From: Planctomycetota bacterium
Lineage (GTDB): Bacteria > Planctomycetota > UBA11346
Direction of reading: 5' to 3'
Length of the DNA: 48,416 nt
Assembly (NCBI GenBank): GCA_043788625.1
Contig: JAYVTR010000246.1
Coordinates: 1-48,416, forward strand
A model generated the notes under the pieces. The model was not told where the DNA came from, did not search any database, and was given only the letters and a program-made list of their open reading frames with translations. The first letter of the stretch is position 1, and each line of letters opens with the position of its first letter. The position numbers and the translations under genes are program-made. Shown piece after piece: positions 26,771-35,440 of this stretch.

Positions 26771-27100
26771 TTACTTGCCGATGAAAGCCGTCGGGTGGCC
26801 GAACAGATAGGCGGCCACGCCCCAGGCGACCATCCAGGTGACGAACTTGAAGATGACGAAGGACCAAAACAAACCGTGGTTGGCGAAATCCAGGCGCGGA
26901 TCAGGGCCGCCATGCGCCACCTGTTTGAGGAGGGCGACCTTGATGAGTCCGACGCAACCTTTGCCGAAGCCGAAGACAATGAGGAATAAAGCCACCCACG
27001 CGGCCAGGGGCGGGCCGATCTTGGCCACATGGCCGATCACACCGCTGACGGCGATGAGCAGGGCTAGCAGCAGACAGATGTAGGGAAGGCGTTGCAGCAT
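26771..27100 (-). CDS. Small membrane protein (109 aa, 3-4 TM), unassigned
   Basis: ATG start and strongly hydrophobic helices. The gene is convergent with the GH20 fusion gene. Confidence 0.45.
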   Translation of the reverse strand: MLQRLPYICLLLALLIAVSGVIGHVAKIGPPLAAWVALFLIVFGFGKGCVGLIKVALLKQVAHGGPDPRLDFANHGLFWSFVIFKFVTWMVAWGVAAYLFGHPTAFIGK

Positions 27101-27188
27101 GGGCGGGCAGGGTGCGGACCGATCAGCCGAACAAAAGGCGGAAAGCAGCTAGGCGAACGCTAGGTGACCACTTCTGAGACGTTGTGGT

Positions 27189-28346
27189 CTATTTGGCTGC
27201 CTGGACGAGGTACGCATCAGCCACCATGACGTGGTCGCCAATGTCGAAACGTTCGCCAAGAGCGATCTCGAGTCGCAGGCTGGTGATGCCATGCAGATCC
27301 AGGTCGAGTATCGCTGGCGCTTCGCCACCGCGTACACGGTCGCTATGCCACAGGGTTTTACCATCGCCCGATAGTGTCACCGGGCAATCGCCTTCGGGGG
27401 CGACCGCATCAGCAATACCGAGCAGGCCGCGCAGGCGCACAAAGTGTTGATTTACATTCCACGTCAGGGTCGCAGCGCTGTGCACGGTGATGCCCTTGCT
27501 GTAGCGGACGCCACCCAGCAGCAGCGGGCCGCCATCCAAGGCGTGGTCGCGTTGCCACGGCCACACCACGTCGAAAGCGCCTTTTTCCACCACCGCTGCC
27601 GGTACTAGGTCAGCGAGCCAGGTGCGTCGCCCGCCATCGATACGGATGCGTCGTCCGCCCAGCACGGTAGCGTCGATTGCCTGGTGGCTGGCGGCCAATT
27701 GCAGGCCGTTGGCAGTAGCCAGCAGGCGCACCGGTGGGCGGTTGGCATCGACGCTGACCAACAGCGCCATGCCGTTGGGGCGAGTGCTGTCCTGTGCCAG
27801 GCGGACACCTTGGATATCGTTGAAAGCCAAGGCCAGGGGTTCGGGGTCGAGCGACGTCGCCAACAGCAATTTGCCATCGCGCAGACCTTGCACCCGACCG
27901 TCCAGCGGACCGCTGGCGACCAGCACCCGATCGAGCCCGGCGCTGGCAGCGGCGGTTTCATTGATGCCCCAGCCGCTCACGGCCGACAAGGGCAGGTCAT
28001 GGGTGCCGAAGGGCGAAACGATGTGCAGGGAATCGTGAGCCCCGGCGTTGACGCTGGTAACCGGCAGCCAGCTGCCATCGGTAAGCCACAGGCCCAGACC
28101 GGCGGCGGGGACTTCGGGTTCGCCCTCACCTTTGGCGGTGGTTCCCAGCTCGAGCCAGTCGGTATCGCGCAATGGCAGCAGGGCCTTACCATCGCCGAGC
28201 ACGGTATCGGCGGTAAGAGTCACCGTGGTGGCGGTCAGCGGCGCGCCTTCGAGGGGTGCGACGGTGGCGGCATGGGCGGCGGAGGCACCCACCGACAGCA
28301 AGAGGGCGCCCGCCAGGCTCAGGCAGTTAAACGGAAATGGCGACAT
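27189..28346 (-). CDS. Secreted protein with C-terminal NPCBM-like (carbohydrate-binding) domain
   Basis: Signal peptide '...LSLAGALLLSVGASAAHA'. The C-terminal 'YSKGITVHSAATLTWNVN..FVRLRGLLGIAD......CPVTLSGDGKTLWHSD.....EAPAILDLDLHGITSLRLEI' follows the NPCBM/NEW2 pattern. ATG at 28346; GTG at 28352 is also possible. Confidence 0.6.
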   Translation of the reverse strand: MSPFPFNCLSLAGALLLSVGASAAHAATVAPLEGAPLTATTVTLTADTVLGDGKALLPLRDTDWLELGTTAKGEGEPEVPAAGLGLWLTDGSWLPVTSVNAGAHDSLHIVSPFGTHDLPLSAVSGWGINETAAASAGLDRVLVASGPLDGRVQGLRDGKLLLATSLDPEPLALAFNDIQGVRLAQDSTRPNGMALLVSVDANRPPVRLLATANGLQLAASHQAIDATVLGGRRIRIDGGRRTWLADLVPAAVVEKGAFDVVWPWQRDHALDGGPLLLGGVRYSKGITVHSAATLTWNVNQHFVRLRGLLGIADAVAPEGDCPVTLSGDGKTLWHSDRVRGGEAPAILDLDLHGITSLRLEIALGERFDIGDHVMVADAYLVQAAK

Positions 28347-28379
28347 CAGCACACAGCTCGTATGGAGGCCTAGTTCGGC

Positions 28380-28742
28380 TTAGGTAGCAAGAGCGGCGAT
28401 GGCTTCGCTGCGCGTTTTGTAAAACGGAAAGACTTTGTCAAAACGTGTCAGTGAAAAGATTTCCTCAAGCGCAGGCGAATCAACGCCACACAGCACCAAC
28501 CGGCCGTGTTGCTCCTGGGTCTGACGCAGGCGTTGCACCAGCGGACCGAGGCACGCCGAATCGAGGGTGGCGACTCCCGCAAGATCGATGATCAGGTGCG
28601 TGAAGCCACCGGTCTCCTCGAGAAAGCGCTGGGCAAAATAATGACGCACCTGATCGAGATTGGCATTGCCCTGTTCGTCGCGTCGAAACGACAGGACGTG
28701 TACACCATGGTCTTCAATGAGGCTGGGCTGATAGAGATCCAT
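28380..28742 (-). CDS. STAS domain protein (anti-sigma factor antagonist-like)
   Basis: The 120-aa C-terminal part of a longer spurious ORF. 'THLIIDLAGVATLDSACLGPLVQ...GRLVLCGVDSPALEEIFSLTRFDKVFPFY' is the STAS pattern. Alternative ATG at 28817. Confidence 0.75.
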   Translation of the reverse strand: MDLYQPSLIEDHGVHVLSFRRDEQGNANLDQVRHYFAQRFLEETGGFTHLIIDLAGVATLDSACLGPLVQRLRQTQEQHGRLVLCGVDSPALEEIFSLTRFDKVFPFYKTRSEAIAALAT

Positions 28743-28893
28743 CACAGTTTCCAAGACGAGTTCCCTAGGAGGCTGTGCGACCGTATTGCGAACGCAACGT
28801 GTTTCGTGGTAATTCATGCGCGGTGTGTGCAAATTTCTAAAACCTTGCAGCTGCGCACTTGGCAGTCTGGCCGCAGCGGTGATACTGCCGGCG

Positions 28894-29406
28894 ATGGCCA
28901 AAACCGTGGATGTACAATTAGTAAACCCGTTTCTGGTCGCTACCTTGGAATGCATGACGGTGATGGCTGGGTTGCAACCCACGCGGCAGCGGCTGTTTTT
29001 GAAGTCCAGTCCGCTGATGCATGGCGATATCGCCGGTATCATCGGTTTATCGCAGGCGGGCAGTAAAAACGGTATTACGGGCAGCGTGGTGGTGAGTTTC
29101 CCTGATTCCTTGGCGCGGCGCATCGTTTCCCGGCTGATGGGTGAGGATCCCGATACGTTGGCTAAAGACCTGCTGATGGATGGTATCGGTGAGGTCGCCA
29201 ACATGGTCGGCGGCGGCGCTAAACGTTTGCTGGCCGGCACCGCTTATCGCTTTGATATTTCGACTCCCACCGTTTTGGCGGGGCATGCGGTCAATCTCTA
29301 CAATCCCCCCGACACGGTGTCGATCGCCTGCGAATTCCTCGCCCACCCGCAATGGCCAGAGACGTTTATGATCGAGCTCGCGACCAGGCCGGTGGAGCGC
29401 GTCTAA
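28894..29406 (+). CDS. CheX-family chemotaxis phosphatase-like protein
   Basis: 'VQLVNPFLVATLECMTVMAGL', 'GDIAGIIGLSQ...GSVVVSFP...A..I.S.L.G' and 'DGIGEVANMVGGGAK' match CheX/CheC-like blocks. The gene is divergent from the STAS gene. Confidence 0.75.
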   Translation: MAKTVDVQLVNPFLVATLECMTVMAGLQPTRQRLFLKSSPLMHGDIAGIIGLSQAGSKNGITGSVVVSFPDSLARRIVSRLMGEDPDTLAKDLLMDGIGEVANMVGGGAKRLLAGTAYRFDISTPTVLAGHAVNLYNPPDTVSIACEFLAHPQWPETFMIELATRPVERV

Positions 29407-29458
29407 GAAGCGAAAGAGCGCTGCTTGCGCCTGAGAGCGCCGACCTTGAATCCTGCCC

Positions 29459-30148
29459 ATGCATTGCCTGTATCTGCACGGTTTCGGTTCAGGTCCCAAA
29501 ACGGCCAAGGGGATGGCGTTGGGGAAGCGCCTCGGCACGTCTGTCACCTCGTACGCCATTCCTGATCTCGAAGGCGGCTCATTCACTGACTTGACCATGG
29601 ATGGCATTTTCAGCCGGGTCGAGGCGGCTTTACACGCCTTGCCGGCCGACGGCTTGCCGGTGCTGGTGATCGGCTCGTCGTTGGGTGGCTATGTGGCGGC
29701 GCAGATGGCCGCTGTCGGCCGCTTGCCGCGTGTCGCCGGCTTGCTGCTGATTGCGCCTGCATTCGGTTTCACCGCTTATTGGGCCGAGCGCCTGGGTAGT
29801 GCCGGCGTCGCCAAGTGGCGCAGCCAGGGTAGTCTGCCGTTCTACCATTTTGCAGCTGAGCGCGAGCTGCCATTGGGCGTCGGTTTTTACGAATCCTGTT
29901 TGGTCTTGCCGGAAATCCCCGGCCAAGCAGCGATTCCGGTCAGCATCGTGCATGGCCTGCATGATGAGACAGTCGATCACCGCCGTTCGGCGCGCTATGC
30001 CGCCGAACGGACGCAAGTCGAACTGCACCTGGTCGCGGGCGATCATCGCCTGACCGAGCCGCGTCACGAACAGCTGATCGCCTGGTGTGCCGAGGATCTG
30101 CTGACGCGTCTGAGCTTGCCGGCGACCGCAGCAGGCTCCGCGACTTAA
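29459..30148 (+). CDS. YqiA-like alpha/beta hydrolase (esterase, UPF0227-type)
   Basis: 'CLYLHGFGSGPKT', 'IGSSLGGYVAA' and 'VHGLHDETV' give a Ser-Asp-His hydrolase pattern. Confidence 0.7.
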   Translation: MHCLYLHGFGSGPKTAKGMALGKRLGTSVTSYAIPDLEGGSFTDLTMDGIFSRVEAALHALPADGLPVLVIGSSLGGYVAAQMAAVGRLPRVAGLLLIAPAFGFTAYWAERLGSAGVAKWRSQGSLPFYHFAAERELPLGVGFYESCLVLPEIPGQAAIPVSIVHGLHDETVDHRRSARYAAERTQVELHLVAGDHRLTEPRHEQLIAWCAEDLLTRLSLPATAAGSAT

Positions 30149-31906
30149 ATGGCGGAAGTGAGCCGTTTCGCGCCTAGCGCCACCGGTCGAGCACATCCCG
30201 GGACGTTGCTCGCAGCGTTGCTGTGCTGGTTGGATATCCGCCAACGCGGCGGACGTCTGGTGCTACGTCTTGAGGATTTGGATCCCGAACGTTGCACGCC
30301 GGCGCTGGTCGGCGGTCTTATCGACGACCTGACGTGGTTCGGCCTCGATTGGGAGGTGGTCGAGACGCAAAGCGCCAACGCCCACCGTCATGAAGCGGCC
30401 CTCGATGAGCTGGCCGCAGCCGGAGTTTTATATCCGTGCTCGTTATCGCGTAGTGAGCTGCGGGCGATCGGTCGGGTCGGCCCAGAAGGCGCGTGGATGA
30501 GTGATAATCGCCACCGTGGCGTGCCCTTGCCCATCGGTGGCTGGCGGACCTGCCCTGAACCCTTACGCGTCCGCATGCCGGGCGACCTGGCCGACCCCGT
30601 GGTGCGCCGCCGCGATGGCGCGGTGGCCTATCATTTGGCAGCCGTGGTCGACGACGCGGCGGTGGGAGTGACGCGCATCGTGCGCGGTCGTGACCTGGCT
30701 TCGAGCACCGCCACACAGGTCGCGCTGCAGGAACTGCTGGGCCTGGCCACTCCCACCTATCACCACCATGCTCTGCTGCTTGAGGCGGACGATGGCGGGA
30801 AATTAGCGAAATTCCACGGCGCCGTGGCGGTGCCCGAACTCAAGAAAACCATGACTGCCGAGGCCCTATGCGGATTTTTGGCGGCAGCGGTGGGCTTGCG
30901 CCCTCATCCGCAGCCGGTGGCACCGCGTGAGCTGCTCGCCGATTTCACCTGGGACGCTGTCACCACGCGCGACGTGCCGCTGCGTTGGACCGGCACCAGT
31001 TTGCACCTGGAATCTCCGCCCATCAACGTGCCGCTCGCCGCCATGCCGCACAGCGCGTATGCCTGGCTGACCCCCGCCGCCCCGGCGGCGATCGCCGTTG
31101 CCGTCATGCCGGCGCTGGCGGCAGCGTTTGATCGGCCGTTGCCACCTCTTGATCAGGCGCGCTTCATGCGCCTGATCAGCCCCAGTGGTGCGATGGTCGA
31201 CGAGTTGGTGGTCGAGCGGGTGGCTGCCGACCGCCTCCACCTCATGCCGCACGGTGGTCCGGGGGTGCGGCAAGCGGTGGACGCATGTCTGCAAGCGCAT
31301 GGCTTGCAGCTGACGAGCGCTATCAGCGGCGATCAGGCATGGACTGCCCTGGCCCAGGCACCGTCATCGGCGGCGAGTGCATGGCTGCTGGCGCATCCCG
31401 ATACGTCACCGCCGTTTGCACGTGACTTTCTACATCGTTCGCCGCTCATTCTCATCACCGGCCCGGCGAATGCCGGCAAATCGACCTTGCTCAACCACTG
31501 GTGTGGACGTCGACGGGCCTTGGTTTCAGATATTCCCGGCACCACCCGCGATCTGCTGGCCGCCGAGACTCTGGTTGATGGGTGGCGCATGCGGCTGCTC
31601 GATTCGGCCGGCTTGCGTAACACGAACGATCCCCTTGAACAGGCCGGTCAAGCCTTGGTCGCGGCCGCCCGTCAGCGCGCCGATGTGGTAATTTCGCTGC
31701 GTCCGCCGGGTGATGATCAGCCGCAAGACGCCCATGATCTAGTGGTCTTGGGCAAGGCTGACCTGCGACCGTTGGCCTCGCTCAGCGACGCTGGCGAGGG
31801 GCAGCACGTGCTGACCTGGTCGGCCAACGATGCCGCTGCGGGGCTGGCGCGCCTTGGGCGCGCGGTGCGCGAGCGCCTGGGGTTGCCCGCAGGGCCGAGC
31901 GGGTAA
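30149..31906 (+). CDS. Fusion protein: glutamyl-Q tRNA(Asp) synthetase (GluQRS/YadB-like, aa ~1-280) + truncated MnmE-like GTPase (aa ~300-585)
   Basis: N-terminal blocks: '[20 protein letters not shown]', '[10 protein letters not shown]', '[28 protein letters not shown]' and 'KLAKFHG'. C-terminal blocks: '[11 protein letters not shown]' (compare MnmE 'LELQGHGGP'), G1 'GPANAGKST', G2 'GTTRD', G3 'DSAG' and G4-like 'GKAD'. There is no C-terminal CIGK. It is a single ORF. Confidence 0.75.
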   Translation: MAEVSRFAPSATGRAHPGTLLAALLCWLDIRQRGGRLVLRLEDLDPERCTPALVGGLIDDLTWFGLDWEVVETQSANAHRHEAALDELAAAGVLYPCSLSRSELRAIGRVGPEGAWMSDNRHRGVPLPIGGWRTCPEPLRVRMPGDLADPVVRRRDGAVAYHLAAVVDDAAVGVTRIVRGRDLASSTATQVALQELLGLATPTYHHHALLLEADDGGKLAKFHGAVAVPELKKTMTAEALCGFLAAAVGLRPHPQPVAPRELLADFTWDAVTTRDVPLRWTGTSLHLESPPINVPLAAMPHSAYAWLTPAAPAAIAVAVMPALAAAFDRPLPPLDQARFMRLISPSGAMVDELVVERVAADRLHLMPHGGPGVRQAVDACLQAHGLQLTSAISGDQAWTALAQAPSSAASAWLLAHPDTSPPFARDFLHRSPLILITGPANAGKSTLLNHWCGRRRALVSDIPGTTRDLLAAETLVDGWRMRLLDSAGLRNTNDPLEQAGQALVAAARQRADVVISLRPPGDDQPQDAHDLVVLGKADLRPLASLSDAGEGQHVLTWSANDAAAGLARLGRAVRERLGLPAGPSG

Positions 31907-31920
31907 GCTGTCTCCCCTCC

Positions 31921-33210
31921 ATGATTGATCTCGCCGCCCTTCGTGCCGACCCCGCTTTCTTTACCCAGGCTTGGGCCAATCGCGGCCTGACCGTCGATGT
32001 CGCGAACTTGTTGCAGGCCGATGAAGCGATCCGCCAACAGAAGTTCGCCGCCGAACAGAAAAAGGCCGAACAGAATCAGGCGTCGAAAGCCATCGCCGTG
32101 ATCGCCAAGGCCGCTGGCGATGTCGCCAGCGCCAAGGACGCCGCCCGGGCTCTCGGTGACGAGGTCGCCGCCATCGACCGCGCCCGAGAACAGGCTGAGG
32201 CCGCCTTGCATCAGCATCTGCTGGTGCTGCCGAACCCGTGCCTGCCGAGCGTACCTTTGGGCAAGGATGCCAGCGACAATCGCGTGGCCGGCGAATGGGG
32301 CAGCAAGCCGACCTTCGCCTTCACCGCCAAGGCCCACTGGGATCTCGGCCCGGCTTTGGGCATCATGGATTTCGAACGTGCGACGAAGATCTCGGGCTCG
32401 GGCTTCGTGGTCCTGGCCGGTGCCGGCGCCCGCCTGGCGCGCGGCCTGGTGCAGTGGTTCCTCGACACCCACGTCGACCGTCACGGCTATACCGAGTTGG
32501 CGGTGCCGTACCTGGTCAATGCCCAGGCCATGCTGGGCACCGGTCAATTGCCGAAGTTCGCCGATCAGCTCTTTGCCTGCAAAGACGATCCGTTGCTGCT
32601 GATCCCCACCGCCGAAGTGCCAGTGACCAACCTGCACAGCGGCGAGATCCTCGAAGCCAAGGATCTGCCGCGTAAATACACCGCGCATACGCCGTGTTTC
32701 CGCCGCGAGGCCGGCGCCGCCGGCATCGGCACGCGCGGCATGACCCGCGTGCACCAGTTCGACAAAGTCGAAGTAGTGTGGCTGACGCGCCCGGAAAACA
32801 GCGAGGCTGACTTGCTCACCCTGCGCGGTCACGCCGAGTCGCTGCTGCAGCAGCTCGGCCTGCATTACCGCATCCTCGAACTGTGCACCGGCGACACCGG
32901 TTTTGGCAGCGCCAAGACCTATGACCTGGAAGTGTGGAGCCCCGGCACCAACGGCTGGCTGGAAGTCAGCTCGTGCTCGACCTTCACCGATTTCCAGGCG
33001 CGCCGTGCCAGTCTTCGCTTCCGCGCCCCCAGCGCCGACGGCAAACCTGGCAAGCCGCAGTTCTTGCACACGCTGAACGGTTCGGGCCTCGCCTTGCCGC
33101 GCTGTTTGATTGCCGTGATGGAAACCTATCAGCAAGCCGACGGCAGCATCATCGTGCCGCCGGTACTGCGTCCGTATGTTGGCGGACTCGAACGACTCAC
33201 CGCACGTTGA
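31921..33210 (+). CDS. serS: Seryl-tRNA synthetase
   Basis: N-terminal coiled coil. 'TAEVPVTNLH', 'FRREAGAAG..TRGM.RVHQFDKVE' and 'NGSGLA.PR.LIAVMETYQ..DGSI.VP' are class II motifs 1-3. Confidence 0.92.
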   Translation: MIDLAALRADPAFFTQAWANRGLTVDVANLLQADEAIRQQKFAAEQKKAEQNQASKAIAVIAKAAGDVASAKDAARALGDEVAAIDRAREQAEAALHQHLLVLPNPCLPSVPLGKDASDNRVAGEWGSKPTFAFTAKAHWDLGPALGIMDFERATKISGSGFVVLAGAGARLARGLVQWFLDTHVDRHGYTELAVPYLVNAQAMLGTGQLPKFADQLFACKDDPLLLIPTAEVPVTNLHSGEILEAKDLPRKYTAHTPCFRREAGAAGIGTRGMTRVHQFDKVEVVWLTRPENSEADLLTLRGHAESLLQQLGLHYRILELCTGDTGFGSAKTYDLEVWSPGTNGWLEVSSCSTFTDFQARRASLRFRAPSADGKPGKPQFLHTLNGSGLALPRCLIAVMETYQQADGSIIVPPVLRPYVGGLERLTAR

Positions 33211-33216
33211 TACCGG

Positions 33217-33256
33217 GATGGGCCGGGCGAGAAGCTCGTGCGGCCCATCTTTCTTG
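33217..33256 (+). terminator. Rho-independent terminator after serS
   Basis: A 9-bp stem GATGGGCCG (33217-33225) / CGGCCCATC (33241-33249) with inner CGAG/CTCG pairing, followed by TTTCTT. Confidence 0.75.
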
Positions 33257-33397
33257 ATGACCATGTACGCCGAACGACCCAGGGGGTGACCGGATGTTTC
33301 AGATGACCACTATGCCAACGCTGCTTATGCGCAGCCGTTTTATCCACCGCCTACGTGTGCAGATGGTAAACAGTCAGTCTGTGCCGTCGGTGAGCGC

Positions 33398-35350
33398 ATG
33401 AGCGACCCCATCAATCACGAATGTGGACTCGCCATCGTCCGCCTGAAGCACCCGCTGGCGTACTACCGTGAAAAACACGGCTCGGCACTGTGGGGCCTGA
33501 AGAAGCTCTACCTGCTCATGGAAAAGCAGCGCAACCGTGGCCAGGACGGCGCCGGCATCGGCGTGCTCAAGCAGGGCGTCGATTACGGCCAAGCGTATTT
33601 CAACCGTCATCGCGAGGCTGGTGCCTCGTGTCTCGACAAGGTGTGGAAGCACGTGCACGGCGAGATGGAACGCCTCAGCAAAGAGCGCCACCTGGATCCC
33701 ACTGACGACGCCGCCTTGTTTCGCCATTACCCGTTTGTCGGCCAGGTCTACCTCGGCCATCTGCGCTATGGCACCTATGGCGGTCAGACCACCGAAGCCT
33801 GCCATCCGTTTGTGCGCGCCTCGAATTGGCCGACGCGCTACCTCACCGTTGCTGGCAATTTCAACCTGACCAATCACTCCGAGATCTTCGACCTGCTGGT
33901 GCGTCTCGGCCAGCATCCCATCGGCTCGGCCGACACCTCGACGGTGATGGAAAAGATCGGCCACTTCCTGGATGTCGCCAACGAAGCCCTGCTGCGCAAG
34001 CTGACCGCGCAGGGGCTGCATGGCGCTGAGCTGGTGGCCAAGATCGGCGATGAACTCGACGTACCACGCATCCTCAACAAGGCCGCCCGCACCTGGGACG
34101 GCGGTTATTTCATGGCCGGCGTCATCGGTCATGGTGCGACTTTCGCGTTGCGTGATCCCAACGGCATCCGCCCCGGCTTCTGGTACGAAGATGACGAAGT
34201 CATCGCCATTGCCAGCGAACGCGCGGCCCTGGCCACCTGCTTCAATCTGCATCCCGAACAAGTCCGCGAAGTGACGCCCGGCGCGGCGATCATCATCGCC
34301 CATCGGGCCTCAGCCACCGGGCAATGGGCACGCGAAGTGGAAATCCTGCCCCCGGCCGAGCCGCGTCATTGCACGTTTGAACGCATCTATTTTTCGCGCG
34401 GCAACGATGCCGACATCTATCGCGAACGGAAAGCCCTCGGCCGCGAGCTGGTGCCGGCGTTGCTGAAGGCCATCGACCACGATCTCGAACACTCGGTGAT
34501 CAGCTATATCCCCAACACCGCCGAAAGCGCCTTCATCGGTTTGCTCGAAGGTCTTGAAGCGCATCTGGCGGAATGGAAAGAGCAAGAGATCCTGCGTCTG
34601 CAGAGCCTTGACCAGCTGACCCCGGATGCCTTGCGGCGCATCCTGGCAGTGCGTCCGTGGCAAGAAAAGGCGATCCTCAAAGATGCCAAGCTGCGCACTT
34701 TCATCGCTGATGATTCGGGTCGCGATGAATTGGTCAGCCACGTCTATGATATCACCCGCGGGGTGCTGCGAGCTGGCGTCGATAATCTGGTCGTCATCGA
34801 CGACTCGATCGTGCGTGGCACGACCCTGCGCCAAAGCATCCTGCGCATGATCTCGCGTCTCGAACCCAAGCGCATTGTGGTGCTGTCATCGGCGCCGCAG
34901 ATCCGCTATCCCGATTGCTATGGTATCGACATGAGCGAACTCGGGCGCTTTGTCGCATTCGAGGCCGCGGTATCGCTGCTGCGTGAAAGCGGTCGAGGCC
35001 ATATCCTCGATGAGGTCTACGCTGCTTGCCGCGGAGAAGAAACCAAGGCCGCTGCCGGCCTCGGTGCAACGCCAGTCAACCATGTGAAGCGGGTGTACGC
35101 GCCATTTTCCGACACGGAGATCAGCGCTCGCATCTGCAGCCTGGTCACTCCACAAGAGCTGGTCGGCAAAGTCGAAGTCGTCTATCAAACGGTGGCCGGC
35201 CTGCGCTGGGCGATCCCCGGCTGTACCGGTGACTGGTATTTCACCGGCGACTACCCGACTCCGGGCGGCTTTCGCGTGGTCAATCGCGCCTTCATCAATT
35301 ACATGGAAAAACGCCAAGGGCGTTCATACGAGGCGAAAGCGGGAGCTTAG
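33398..35350 (+). CDS. purF: Amidophosphoribosyltransferase, long form (class II GATase + PRTase)
   Basis: 'MSDPINHECGLA' gives a short propeptide before the nucleophile Cys. 'NRGQDGAGIG' and 'GHLRYGT.G' are Ntn blocks. 'VVIDDSIVRGTT' is the PRPP-binding motif. The length is 650 aa. Confidence 0.8.
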   Translation: MSDPINHECGLAIVRLKHPLAYYREKHGSALWGLKKLYLLMEKQRNRGQDGAGIGVLKQGVDYGQAYFNRHREAGASCLDKVWKHVHGEMERLSKERHLDPTDDAALFRHYPFVGQVYLGHLRYGTYGGQTTEACHPFVRASNWPTRYLTVAGNFNLTNHSEIFDLLVRLGQHPIGSADTSTVMEKIGHFLDVANEALLRKLTAQGLHGAELVAKIGDELDVPRILNKAARTWDGGYFMAGVIGHGATFALRDPNGIRPGFWYEDDEVIAIASERAALATCFNLHPEQVREVTPGAAIIIAHRASATGQWAREVEILPPAEPRHCTFERIYFSRGNDADIYRERKALGRELVPALLKAIDHDLEHSVISYIPNTAESAFIGLLEGLEAHLAEWKEQEILRLQSLDQLTPDALRRILAVRPWQEKAILKDAKLRTFIADDSGRDELVSHVYDITRGVLRAGVDNLVVIDDSIVRGTTLRQSILRMISRLEPKRIVVLSSAPQIRYPDCYGIDMSELGRFVAFEAAVSLLRESGRGHILDEVYAACRGEETKAAAGLGATPVNHVKRVYAPFSDTEISARICSLVTPQELVGKVEVVYQTVAGLRWAIPGCTGDWYFTGDYPTPGGFRVVNRAFINYMEKRQGRSYEAKAGA

Positions 35351-35440
35351 GTTTCCTTGAGCTTTTAGGGCCAGGCTGCGAGCTTCGGGCTCGCGGCTCT
35401 GGGGCTGCGAAAGCTGGTCTCTACGTACCAGTCACGGTTT

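Noticed and set aside
28743-29240. N-terminal 166 aa of the 286-aa ORF 28380-29240 (-).
   Set aside because: Only the last 120 aa form a STAS domain. The upstream part overlaps the CheX-like gene on the other strand and has no motif support, so the ORF was trimmed to ATG 28742 (alternative 28817).
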